Program-made: the position numbers and the translations under genes
The notes under the pieces: model-generated
What the model saw: the letters and a program-made list of their open reading frames with translations, nothing else
The model's database searches: none
Told to the model about the DNA's origin: nothing
Part shown: positions 23,288 through 35,922 of the stretch, in pieces
Numbering within the stretch: the first letter of the stretch is position 1
Layout of the letters: the number at the start of each line of letters is the position of its first letter
Source of the DNA: Eledone cirrhosa
Lineage: Eukaryota
Direction of reading: 5' to 3'
Length of the DNA stretch: 64,000 nucleotides
Assembly (NCBI GenBank): GCA_964016885.1
Contig: OZ024742.1
Span: 325,438,001-325,502,000 of the forward strand

Positions 23288-25711
23288 CAGTTGCATTTAT
23301 CTTGCTTTATGTTCATACGAGTTATCACCAAGTCACAACCAGTGACCTCAAGAGACAACAAGGTCCGCCATGTTCAAGAAAGGACATACATACTCACACA
23401 TGCATCTTTAGTGTTTAGACTTGTGATGTACTTATGTTGACAGAATCTTCCTTAGTATATGGGCAGTTCCCATTAGTACTATCTTTTGTATTTCTCCTAT
23501 ACGCGGGTTTCCTGGGATTTGCGATAAGTAATCATTAGACCCCTTAGGTATCATTCCCAGAGCGCCTACAACCACTGGTATTGTTTTAGTTCTCAATTTC
23601 CACATTTTTCCAATTTCTATCTCCAGGTCCTTATACTTGCTCAATTTTTAAAATGTTTTTATAGATACATTCTTGTCTATTGGAACAGACATATCAATTA
23701 GCAGGCATACCCTCTTTTGAAAGTCTTTCAATATTATATCAGGTCTATTTGCATCTATTTTTCAGTCTGTTTGGATGCTAAAGTTCCACAAGATTGAGAT
23801 GTGATCTTTTTCAAGTATGAGAGGTGGTTGATGCTCCCACCAATTCTTTTGATGGGGCAGATCAAAATGCTTACACATTATCCAATGTATGTATTGTGCA
23901 GCTCTGTCATGCCTGTTTAGGTATTCGGTTGAAGCTATAGGACTGCACATTGAAATTATATGGTCAATGGTCACTGGTTGATTTTTGCATACACGGCATA
24001 ATGGGCTGCATCCATTTTTTATTATGTTGGCTTGGTAATTTTTTGTTGGCAGACACTGATCTTGTGCTGATATAATCAGTCCTTCAGTCTCCGATTTCAG
24101 TCCAGAGGATGCCAACCACTGATGGTTTAAAGTTTTGTCAACATCAGGATTGTTAGCTCGCTCTGGGTATTTTCCATACAGAGGCTTTTCTTGCCATTTC
24201 TTAGCCAGTTTCTGTAGCAGTTCTTTCTTTGCAGTTACTTTTACCTGCTTTGCTTTTTCTGTGTTTTCCATTTCAGCAGTAAATGGGACTTCTGAAATTT
24301 GTAGTCCATTACTGTATCTTTGTGCATCTTTTGTAATGGAATATGATCTTTTGATGCTTTCGTGTTTCAAAACGAGTTTGATCATCCAATCATATGATTC
24401 CCTTAGATATGTAGATAATCCAATTATAGCAGTTTTCAACGCAATGCCTAACTGGATTAACCCACGTCCTCCTTTTTTCCTAGGTAGATATATTCTATCT
24501 ATATCTGCCTTAATTCTTAACCATGCATTCTGTGCATGGTTAAGAATTTTCGAATTTTTGTATCGAGCCTACGGATCTCTGTGCTTGACCAGTTGATGAC
24601 ATTGTAACTGTAGGTTACTACTGGTATGGCAAGCGTGTTTATGGCATCGATCCTATTCCTTGCATTCAATTCCGTTCTTAAGATTGCTCTTACTCTGCGG
24701 TAACATTCCTTCCTTATCCTTTCCCTCATTGTAGAGTGCTTGATTCCGTCTCCTTCACAAACACCTAGATATTTGTAAGTGTCTTCTTGATCAAGTTCTC
24801 TTATCACGTTCCCCCGATCAAGATTAATGTCTGAACTCTTCAGCAGCTTTCCTCTGGTGAACGTTGCTTTGGCGCATTTATCTAGTCCAAACTCCATTTT
24901 AATGTCATCACTGAACTGCTTCACAGTGGATAATAGCCCTTGCAATTGTTCATCATTTTTTGCAATTAGTTTTAGCTCATCCATGTAGAACAGGTGATTA
25001 ATGGTTTTGTCATAGACTTTATATACATGTTTTGTTTCATTGAGCATTTTACTTAATGGTATAAGTGCGATGCAGAATAAAAGCGGTGATAAAGAGTCAC
25101 CCTGAAAAATTCCACAATTAATATTAACTTCTCCAGCTACCAGTGATTTTGTTTCACTATATGGAGGGCCAACAGTAGGAGTATTCCGATTATGGGAGGT
25201 CTCCAGCTCCGAAGTGATGGGAAGGTTTGAACCATTAGCTGATTTTTCGACCCCAGTCTGGTTCCTCTCTGAGGGACGTGGCCCTTTTTTACCCGGGTGA
25301 CGGCCGATCCGGTATGAGATTTTATCATTAGACATTTACTTTATTTTGTCGCGTTTTATCCTTATCCGCCAAGGGGTAATCATTTCGTGTTACCACTTCT
25401 AGAACGAGTGTCAACCAAGACTAGAGAGGTCGTTCTCCCCTAGAGACACGGCTATTCCCCGCCGGCCGCCATCCCGGTATTTCTTGGTCACGGGGTTTTC
25501 TTTTTGTTGTTTTTTTAAATTGAAATTATCATGAGTGGTTCCTTAATGTGAGCATTGCGTGGCTTAAGAATGAAATTATTAATAATTGTCTCCACTCCAG
25601 GCACAAGGCCAGCAATCACCCAGTGCATTACAATAATATAATATACTTTTTGTTGTAGTTGGCTGTTATTGTTGTTGACTGTTATTGTTTTTGGCTGTTA
25701 TTGTTGTTGGC
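23288..25711 (-). mobile_element. Family C copy C2, internally deleted (~1.75 kb at ~25160)
   Basis: ORF 24517-25335 fuses the N-terminus to mid-RT. The RLE region has in-frame stops. (TTA)n at 23238-23287 and 25712-25737. Confidence 0.92.
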
Positions 25712-25737
25712 TATTATTATTATTATTATTATTATTA

Positions 25738-28487
25738 CAGTTGCATTTATCTTGCTTTATGTTCATACGAGTTATCACCAAGTCACAACCAGTGACCTCA
25801 AGAGACAACAAGGTCCGCCATGTTCAAGAAAGAACATACATATTCACACATGCATCTTTAGTGTTTAGACTTGTGATGTACTTATATTGACAGAATCTTC
25901 CTTAGTATATGGGCAGTTCCCATTAGTACTATCCTTTGTATTTCTCCTATACGCGGGTTTCCTGGGATTTGCGATATGTTATCATTAGACCCCTTAGGTA
26001 TCATTCCCAGAGCGCCTACAACCACTGGTATTGTTTTAGTTCTCAATTTCCACATTTTTCCAATTTCTATCTCCAGGTCCTTATACTTGCTCAATTTTTA
26101 AAATGTTTTTATAGATACATTCTTGTCTATTGGAACAGACATATCAATTAGCAGGCATACCCTCTTTTGAAAGTCTTTCAATATTATATCAGGTCTGTTT
26201 GCATCTATTTTTCAGTCTGTTTGGATGCTAAAGTTCCACAAGATTGAGATGTGATCTTTTTCAAGTATGGGTGGTGGTTGATGCTCCCACCAATTCTTTT
26301 GATGGGGCAGGTCAAAATGCTTACACATTATCCAATGTATGTATTGTGCAGCTCTGTCATGCCTGTTTAGGTATTCGGTTGGAGCTATAGGACTGCACAT
26401 TGAAATTATATGGTCAATGGTCTCTGGTTGTTTTTTGCATACACGGCATAATGGGCTGCACCCATTTTTTATTATGTTGGCTTGGTAATTTTTTGTTGGC
26501 AGACACTGATCTTGTGCCGATATAATCAGTCCTTCAGTCTCCGATTTCAGTCCAGAGGATGCCAACCACTGATGGGTTAAAGTTTTGTCAACATCAGGAT
26601 TGTTAGCTCGCTCTGGGTATTTTCCATACAGAGGCTTTTCTTGCCATTTCTTAGCCAGTTTCTGTAGCAGTTCTTTCTTTGCAGTTACTTTTACCTGCTT
26701 TGCTTTTTCTGTGTTTTCCATTTCAGCAGTAAATGGGACTTCTGAAATTTGTAGTCCATTACTGTATCTTTGTGCATCTTTTGTAATGGAATATGATCTT
26801 TTGATGCTTTCGTGTTTCAAAACAAGTTTGATCATCCAATCATGTGATTCCCTTAGATATGTAGATAATCCAATTGTTGCAGTTTTCAACGCAATGTCTA
26901 ACTGGATTAACCCACGTCCTCCTTCTTTCCTAGGGAGATATATTCTATCTATATCTGCTTTAGGGTGATGCATTCTGTGCATGGTTAAGAATTTTCGAAT
27001 TTTTGTATCGAGCCTACGGATCTCTGTGCTTGACCAGTTGATGACATTGTAACTGTAGGTTCATATTGGTATGGCAAGCGTGTTTATGGCATCGATCCTA
27101 TTCCTTGCATTCAATTCCGTTCTTAAGATTGCTCTTACTCTGCGGTAACATTCCTCCTTATCCTTTCCCTCATTGTCGAGTGCTTGATTCCGTCTCCTTC
27201 ACAAACACCTAGATATTTGTAAGTTTTTTCTTGATCAAGTTCTCTTATCACGTTCCCCCGATCAAGATTAATGCCTGAACTCTTCAGCAGCTTTCCTCTG
27301 GTGAACGTTGCTTTGGCGCATTTATCTAGTCCAAACTCCTTTTTAATGTCATCACTGAACTGCTTCACAGTGGATAATAGCCCTTGCAATTGTTCATCAT
27401 TTTTTGCAAATAGTTTCAGGTCATCCATGTAGAACAGGTGATTAATGGTTTTGTCATAGACTTTATATCCATGTTTTGTTTCATTGAGCATTTTACTTAA
27501 TGGTATAAGTGCGATGCAGAATAAAAGCGGTGATAAAGAGTCACCCTGAAAAATTCCACAATTAATATTAACTTCTCCAGCTTCCAGTGATTTTGTTTCA
27601 CTATTCAAAAGGAGTGTCGTTTTCCATGTCTTCATACTGAATGACAAAAACCTCCTGACAACGGGGGATACTTTGAAAATCTCTAAACATTTTTCAATCC
27701 AACTGTGTGGCAAACTATCAAATGCTTTTTTATAATCTATCCAAGCAATCGATAGATTTTTGTGTGTATTATGACAATCTTCCAGTATCATTTTGTTAAC
27801 CAGAAGCTGATCCATACAGCCATATGAGCCTCGTTTACACCCTTTCTGCTCAATGGGAAATAGGTCATTTGTTATCAGGTGGTCATATGTGTATTCAGTT
27901 AGGACTGATGTTAACATTTTATACATTGTGGTCAAGCAAGTTATCGGTCTATAATTTTTGGGATTGTTTGTCTCATCATTCTTCGGAAGCAGGAATGTAA
28001 TGCCGTTAACTAGCCATGAAGGAATCTTTTCTGGCTCCTTAACTATTTCATAGTAAAGTTGGGCTAACAGCTCATGAGACTCTGTGAAGGCATTTATCCA
28101 AAAGTTTTGTATTTTGTCTTTTCCTGGGGATTTCCATTTGCTGGTTTTTCTTAGAGCCAAGCGCAACTGTTCAACTATTTTATTTTCCCATGTTTGTTCC
28201 TCAAGGAGAGCTGTATCTTTCATTTGTCTGTCTATCCATGGGGCATGTATGTTATGAAATTTTTCTTAGGCCCAGATCTCTTCCCAGAATTCTTGCACTT
28301 CCTCCTTGGGTGGTATTGATTTAGCAGTTATTGTTGACTTACCAATTTTTCTGTAGAAGTTTCTTTGGTTGTTTTTGAACATATTATTGTCCTTATAGAA
28401 TCTAGATCGTTTTTCAAAGCGCCTTATACGAGCAGCTTTGGCCGACACTTTTTGCTTGATTATTTCTATCAGAATGTCTATGTCACA
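25738..28487 (-). mobile_element. Family C copy C3, 5'-truncated
   Basis: RT 27135-28223, CCHC 26212-26982, RLE tail 25882-26094. Truncated directly into (TTA)n 28488-28548. Confidence 0.93.
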
Positions 28488-28534
<47 letters not shown>

Positions 28535-28548
28535 TTATTATTATTATT

Positions 28549-31500
28549 CTTTGAGTCTCAGTCATTGGTGTTAGTTAACTGGAAAGTTTGTTGAAATGAA
28601 TATCAAGCCACTACCTGCAGCCTCAGATATTCAGGCCATATCGGAGGGTACTTGCTGTTCCCAGCAAGCATACCTTTTGAAGGGTTCCAAAAAGCGGGGC
28701 GCGGCCATGTTTCTTTAACCATCCCTGGAAACTTTTTGAGATAGTACCTAGTGCGCCTATGACAATATAGACCACTTTGTGTTCATGGCAGTTCCAAATC
28801 CTTTTCAGCTCCCACTTTAAGTCCTGGTATTTGGTTAATTTGCTCCCTCTCCATCTCTTGCACTCTCGTGACAAATTGGCAGGCCACATCCACAATCAGG
28901 CACAATCTTTTTTCCTTGTCCAAAACCACGAGGTAAGGTCTATTGTGTTGCAGTTTCTTGTCCATCTGTATCCCAAAATCTCACAGCACCTTCACCTGAT
29001 CGTTTTCTATCACCGACTCTGGCTTATGCTCATACCACTTCTCAGAATGTGGTAAATTGTTTACTTTGAATAGGTGCCAGTGAATCACCCTGCCCATCAT
29101 ATCACGTCTCCAGCCTTTATAGTGAGTCTGGGCTAGGTGTTTACACTCGGATACAATGTGAGCCACAGTTTCCTCTCTCTCTCTCCACAGATCCTGCACA
29201 GTGGGCTAGCCTCCTCCTTGTAAATATGGTGTTTCAACCACTTCGTTTTGAGGACCTGCTCTTGCGCAGCCATTAGCATTCCTTCTGTAGCCTTTTTAAG
29301 GTCTCCTCTTTTCAACCAGTTCCGTGTCTGTGGATCTCTGAATTCAGTTTTCTCAAAGAAGGTACTATGAAGGGATTTTCATGATGGCTGCTCTTTCTCC
29401 TTGTTGTTATTTCCTACTTGGACATCCCCTGGTCTATTGTCCTCTCCTCCAGTACAGTTCTGAGCATTGGCTCCTTACTATCAGTCACGTATTTGTGTAG
29501 GTTGTTTTTTTCCATCTGCTCACAATCCTCTATGCTGATAAGACCTCTTCCCCCTTCAGATCTCCTTAAGTAGTGTCTATCGACATCACTCTTCTTGTGG
29601 AACATGTTGTAGATAGTCAATAGCTTCCTAGACTTCCTATCCATTTCTTTTTGTTCAGCAACATTCCATCTCAGAATTCCCACACTGTACCTAATAATAG
29701 ACACAGCTCGGGAATTTACTGCACTTATGGCATTCCTACTGTTCAGATGTGACTTTAATACGCTCCTTACTCTCCGAATGTATTCAGATCTTATCAATTC
29801 CTTCATTTTTTTCTTCTTGATGTCATCAGCCTCCACAACACCCAAATACTTGTATCCTTCTTCAGTGTCAATATGCTTTATCATCTCACCTGTTGGTACC
29901 TGGATTCCGTTGCTTCTGCTCAATTTACCCCCTCTTCATCACAAGGACACCACACTTACTAATACCAAATTGCATACATACATCATTGCTGAAAATACGG
30001 ACAGTGTCAACAAGCACATCCAACTCCTTCTCACTCTTCCCGAAGAGCTTAAGATCGTCCATGAAGAGGAGTTGATTGATAGTAAGCTCTCCCTTTCCCA
30101 GCTTGTATCCTGCTCTCACTTTTCGCAGTATAATGGTCAGGGGCATCAGGGCAAGGACAAACAACAGAGGGGACAGACTATCTCCCTGGAGGATACCTCT
30201 CTTGATCTTCACGCTTCCCAAGGATTCTCCAGCTGATGTTAACTCTGTTTTCCAGGACTTCTATTTTTAGTGTCTATGTTTTTTAGTGTCCCATTCAGTA
30301 GGGATTCAAGCTTTCCAATGTCATTTCTCATTTCCCTGATTTGACCATTCAGTCGTTTCTTCCACCAAGGTTCTGATCTTTCTTGTTTGTTGTTTCCTCT
30401 CGCTTTTATGCCAAGTAGTTTCCTCACCTCATTTGCTGTTGCTTTGAGGATAGTGTTGCACTGGTGAAGGCTCCTCGCCTCAAGGTATGGGATGACTTTG
30501 TTTAACTTAGCTATTGTTTCTTTTAACGTTTTCCTGTCTACAAATCTTAGGTTCATATCATTGTCCAATTCATCTAACACTAAGTTTAGGATATCAACCA
30601 AATCTTGTCCTAGCCCGTCAGCATTCATCTCCTCAATGGCCGTATCTTTGTTCCAGGTATTATTTATTTCAGCATTCAGATCATTGTCTGCTTCGGATGG
30701 TTCCTCCGTTCTCTCAACCTCTTCATCTTCATTTCCCACTGGCTCGTTTGCCTGGCATACTCCACTCTCAATTTCCAACCTAATCTCTCTGCTCAGTTCC
30801 GCCAGTTCCAGCTCGCTTATCCACCCATTAGTTCTTATTACCCGAGCCTGCCCGGCCAATTTGTGTTCATCTAATTTAAATAGACCAATCTCGTTCCAGA
30901 TGTTATGCATCCGTTTCCTATAGCCTTTCTCCTTGGGTAACATTGCATAACAGTTCTATTCAGTTCTTTCGTCCAGTTGGTTCTGGTCCCTTTCCTTCTT
31001 CTTCTTCCTCCGACACCAACAGTATTTGGTTGACAGCCAGGACCCTGCTGCTGAGCCAGGGAGCATCTGCTGGGTGAGAGTCTGTCACATGACATTCCAG
31101 TCTCCACTTCGCCGTTATTCGGACTGTTTAGGTTCGACATTTAAACACTCTTATCGAGGACTGGTAAATGTATGGTTACATAACCACCGGTGATTTTATC
31201 ACCTCCGGCGATTTTAGTGTGGCACTATGACGCTGTAGACGAACATAAATAAACAAACAAACAAATAGGTAAAAAAAAATCAAAAAGAATAAGCATAAGT
31301 TTCATTGTAATGTAATGTTTGAATGTCTGACTTAGTTTTTTTTTTTTTTTTTCCTTCTCTGCCTGTCTGTTCATTTTTCTTTTCTTTACGTTTTTCGTTG
31401 TTGCTGTGCTGCTTTGACTTTTATTTTTATTTTTTTTTATTTTTTGACTGAGTCATCAAATCTGTCTATTTATATCTTTTGATGCCTTCCTCTTTTAGTG

Positions 31501-31736
31501 TGGACACTACGATGCATGTCTTAGCAGGAGGTAGTGGGAGAGAATAGCGGCGGTAGCGATAATGAGGCAGTGGTGGATATGGTGGTGGTGGTGCTGTGCT
31601 AGTAGTACTTAGCAGGAAGTATTGGGAGAGAATAGCGGCGGTAGCGAAAATGAGGCAGTGGTGGTGGTGATGTGATCGTAGTACTGTAGGTGTTGAAGTT
31701 GAAGTAGAAATAGAAGTTGAGGTAACTTGACTAGAA
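28549..31736 (-). mobile_element. Family B copy B3, internally deleted (~0.9 kb at ~30260)
   Basis: ORF pieces from 31140 down to 28623 are colinear with B1 and B2. The leader resembles B2 14000-14620. Confidence 0.92.
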
Positions 31737-31756
31737 TTTTTATTATTATTTATTAT

Positions 31757-32044
31757 GGCCCGAGTGAATGGGCCTACTCTGAGTATGTGTCTGTAAATTA
31801 AAGGTGGAAAACTCGGAGAAGGCACTTGCCCTGGTGGTCAGGGTCACTGTGGCTTTTTAATGGGCTTTCTGCACGAATGTCCCTCGGAAGGCTCTCTCCT
31901 ATTGGGGAATTTTTTCATTGTTCTATTATTACATCCTCTGTTTCTTGTTTTTTACACGCAGAAATGCCCATTTGTACCGCCCTGTATTGTCCTGTACTGT
32001 CCTTAATGTCTACTTTATGTAAACTCTTGTGGTTAATAAAGAAA

Positions 32045-32046
<2 letters not shown>
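31757..32046 (+). mobile_element. Family A 5'-truncated 3' fragment (~290 bp)
   Basis: Encodes the ORF2 end (ARVNGPTLSMCL*) plus a 3'UTR ending AATAAAGAAATC|(ATT)n. (TTA)n at 31737-31756 and 32047-32101. Confidence 0.93.
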
Positions 32047-32101
<55 letters not shown>

Positions 32102-32103
<2 letters not shown>

Positions 32104-32602
32104 TGCATTTATCTTGCTTTATGTTCATACGAGTTATCACCAAGTCACAACCAGTGACCTCAAGAGACAACAAGGTCCGCCATGTTCAAGAAAGAACATA
32201 CATATTCACACATGCATCCTTAGTGTTTAGACTTGTGATGTACTTATATTGACAGGATCTTCCTTAGTATATGGGCAGTTCCCATTAGTACTATCTTTTG
32301 TATTTCTCCTATACGCGGGTTTCCTGGGATTTGCGATAAGTAGTCGTTAGACCCCTTAGGTATCATTCCCAGAGCGCCTACAACCACTGGTATTGTTTTA
32401 GTTCTCAATTTCCACATTTTTCCAATTTCTATCTGCAGGTCCTTATACTTGCTCAATTTTTAAAATGTTTTTATAGATACATTCTTGTCTATTGGAACAG
32501 ACATATCAATTAGCAGGCATACCCTCCTTTGAAAGTCCTTCAATATTATATCAGGTCTATTTGCATCTATTTTTCGGTCTGTTTGGATGCTAAAGTTCCA
32601 CA
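32102..32602 (-). mobile_element. Family C copy C4, 5'-truncated 3' fragment (RLE and 3'UTR)
   Basis: WNFSIQTDRKIDANRPDII..KYKDL..GALG. Ends in (TTA)n 32603-32624. Confidence 0.93.
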
Positions 32603-32624
32603 TATTATTATTATTATTATTATT

Positions 32625-35600
32625 GGCAACCTACGTAGTAAATCGTATTTTCGTGAGCTCCACAATGGTTTGTTATTTTCAGTTGTTTAAAATTGCCATT
32701 ATTGGAAATTTTTTTATTGTTAACTGTATATAAGTGCACATACATTGTTTTTTGAAAAGGACACTCAAAAAGATAGGAGTCTTGAGCCCAAAATTTAATC
32801 TTTTATAATCATCAAAAAAAAAAAAAATTTCTTTGAAAAATCAAGGCCCACTCACAGCTGAACCCATTAGCTGAGAGCCTTCTTCACAAACTAACACTTC
32901 ACACCGACACCACCATTGTAAATATTACTACGTTTGCCAACACTAAAAATATAAGCAGTACCAATATTTAAAATTTGTCTCAGGCAAACATTCATTTCCC
33001 GCCATTACCATTGACTGCAGGTATTGAAGCCGCCTCCCCGACCACCACCACAGCGACAACAGAAACAAAAGGAAAAATAAAGTATCTCGTGATATCGAAA
33101 CGAATTCAGCCAAAATGAACTCTACCACACCGAACACCACTGACGCCACCACCACCACCACCACAACTGAAAATAAAATTCAAAATAAGAAAAATAACGA
33201 TAACAACAACAGCAACAATGAAATTAAGAAAACAACACTGTCTTCTGCCAGAGTAGCACAAAAGTGCGAAGCATTCCAGGTAACTCAGGAGGAATTAGAA
33301 GAAGCCAAAAAAATGGTAAAGAAAGATGGGTATAGGGTCAGCCTCGCCTTATCGGACGATTAACATAAAATCGCGCCGACTGGAACGGGCATCCGAGTCC
33401 CAAATCCAAAAAGCTTTGGGACATATGTGGGCAAAAAACCCCCCACATCAGACGTGGGCAGAAATATGGAACCGTGTACGTGTTCTTTGAAACACCACAG
33501 GAGGCCAGAGAACACTCCATTGCCCCATTAAGAAGTGACGTCTTCACACTCGTCCCAAGCTATTGTGGCCAGAGGCATCGAAACCAACACCAAGATAATC
33601 GAAATAGCGAAAGAAAAGCAGGAGAACTGGTCCGGATCTCGGATGGAGCTCCTGATCCAAGCGGACCAAAAAAGCATTGAGGAGATCCCAGAGGTAATAG
33701 ACCTCACTGACGGCAGCCACCTCACCGTAATCGTCGAGGGCAGAAGGCCTAGGTGTGTCGTTTGTGGTGAAGGAACCCACCTAAGGGCTTTCTGCCATCA
33801 GGCTAAAAGGTTGAGGCCACATCTCTTACCCACCCCAGTGACTCAACCATCAACACCACCAGCAGCAGAGATGGCAGCAACAACTGTAGCAGCAACTGTA
33901 ACAGCAAAAACCCCGGCAACAGTAGCAAAACCACCACCACCACCACCACCACCCAATGCGCCAGAATTAGCACCATCGCCTACACCATCCACCACACCAC
34001 AACCAAAACCAACGCCTGTGGAGGATTTTCCACTCCCCGGCCTATCACAACTGGAGACAGATTGTGACGACGAGGAGTGGGAAATGGTATCAGGAAAAAA
34101 GAAAAAAAGAAACCAAAAAAGAAAAAATTCTCTTCCCTCCCCTTCCAAAAACAAAATACAGAGGGAAACAAATAAACTATCAAACAAAAAAGTTAGGACA
34201 GATATGCCACCGTCCACACCAGCATCACCAACCCCATCACCACAAACACCAACACCATCACCATCATTAACCCCAATACCACAAAAGTCACCAAAAAGCG
34301 AAACAGAAACAAACCCACAACAAACGCAAACAAAACAAAACAACCAAAACGATACACACTACACAGCATTAAATTTGAACAACAACCAATTATTACACTA
34401 CATCCAACACAACACCAGGATCACAGAAAAAGACTACACAACAACCCAAAAGTTCACACCACCTCCACACATATAAATCACTCGCATCACACAGAAAACG
34501 TACACGACACTAAAACAAAAATTCCCCAAAGACATCGGAGACTTCCGACAATAACTCTCCAGGAGGATTTATAAGGTCATCCTTCCGGAGCGGAGGTGGC
34601 TAACGCGTACATCGCGTCCGTAATCTACTACCCCCTGACCGTCGTACCTTGTCCTAAGCCCCGCCCGACTGCGCTGGAGCGTTTGCTCTTTCGCTTTTTG
34701 TGGAAGGGACGCGCTCCGATGGTCAGGCGGTCCATCTGCTGTCAACACCCGCTACGTGGAGGGCTGGGTATGCCGTGGCTGATGATGCGCAGACACGCAC
34801 TCAGGCTACATCTCCACCTCTTCCTCGAAGGTGATCAGGTGTGGTCGCCGTTTGATAGACACGTTTTTCCCCAGCTCGTCTCCTTGACGGAGCTGCAGTC
34901 CTGGGTCAAGCGAAGACCGAGTGGGAGCGCTTGGAGACTGGAATGTTTTCAGGCGTCACAGCCCTCGACCAATCGGGCTATGTGATCGGTGGAAACTCCA
35001 CCTTGGCGTTCTATAGGGGATTAGTGGAGGGTAAGAGCGACGACGTACTTGGAGAAACTCTAGGCGTCGACGAAAATCAACTAGCCAATCTCTTCGGAAG
35101 GACTTTCGGGCCGGGGCCTATGGACAAGTTCCAGAAATCCCTGGCCTGGCCTGGCAGTGCTACCGGGGTGCTTTGCCAGTTCGGGATAAACTCTACAGGC
35201 ATGGAGGTGCCGTCAGCCGGGCATGTCCGAGATGCGCACAGGGCGACGAAACCGTCCTGCACGCACTCGTCCAGTGTCCGAACATTGCTGACTTGTGGGG
35301 TTTATGTCGAACACCTGCTGTCACGTGTAGGACGGATCCAGCTATCAGCTGAGTCCATCGTGAGGATTGCCCCGCCCTCCTCCTTTAGCCGGGAAGGGCA
35401 GGCAGTTTTTATCTGTCTGGTGGCCATGGCGAAAGAGATAGTATGGTGGACACGTTTGAAAGGGCTGAAGACGAGCACTTACATCTTCGGTGATGGCCTG
35501 ATTAACTTTTTCAAATTTCATTTGAAAAGGAAAATCAGGGTAGAGAGGGAAGTGCTCTCTTCCCAGCATTTTGTTGAAAGATGGGTGAGAGAAGCAAGTA

Positions 35601-35883
35601 TGGCCCGAATGAATGGGCCTTCTCTGAGTATGTGTCTGTAAATTAAAGGTGGAAAACTGGGAGAGGGCACTTGCCCTGGTGGTCAGGGTCACTGTGGTCT
35701 TTTGGTGGGCTTTCTCCACAAATGTCCCTCGGAAGTCTCCCCCCTATTGGGGAATTTTTCTTTGTTATTTTATTACATCCTCTGTTTTTTACACGCAGAA
35801 ATGCCCATTTGTACCGTCCTGTATTGTCCTGTATTGTCCTTAATGTCTACTTTATGTAAACCCTTGTGGTTAATAAAGAAAAC
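32625..35883 (+). mobile_element. Family A copy A4: both ends intact, ~2.45 kb internal deletion (APE and RT) at ~34587
   Basis: 5' end TTATT|GGCAACCTACGTAG. ORF1 with zinc knuckle (33535-34476) is joined to the ORF2 C-terminus (34596-35641). 3' end AATAAAGAAAAC|(ATT)n. Confidence 0.93.
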
Positions 35884-35922
35884 ATTATTATTATTATTAT
35901 TATTAGTATTAGTATTATTATT
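35884..35922 (-). repeat. (TTA)n tract marking the right boundary of the array
   Basis: Direct reading. AT-rich non-array sequence follows. Confidence 0.95.

Noticed and set aside
4011-35922. CRISPR-like or telomeric interpretation of the repeat-spacer array
   Set aside because: The repeats are simple trinucleotide tracts and the spacers are LINEs. There are no cas genes and no TTAGGG/TTAGG arrays.
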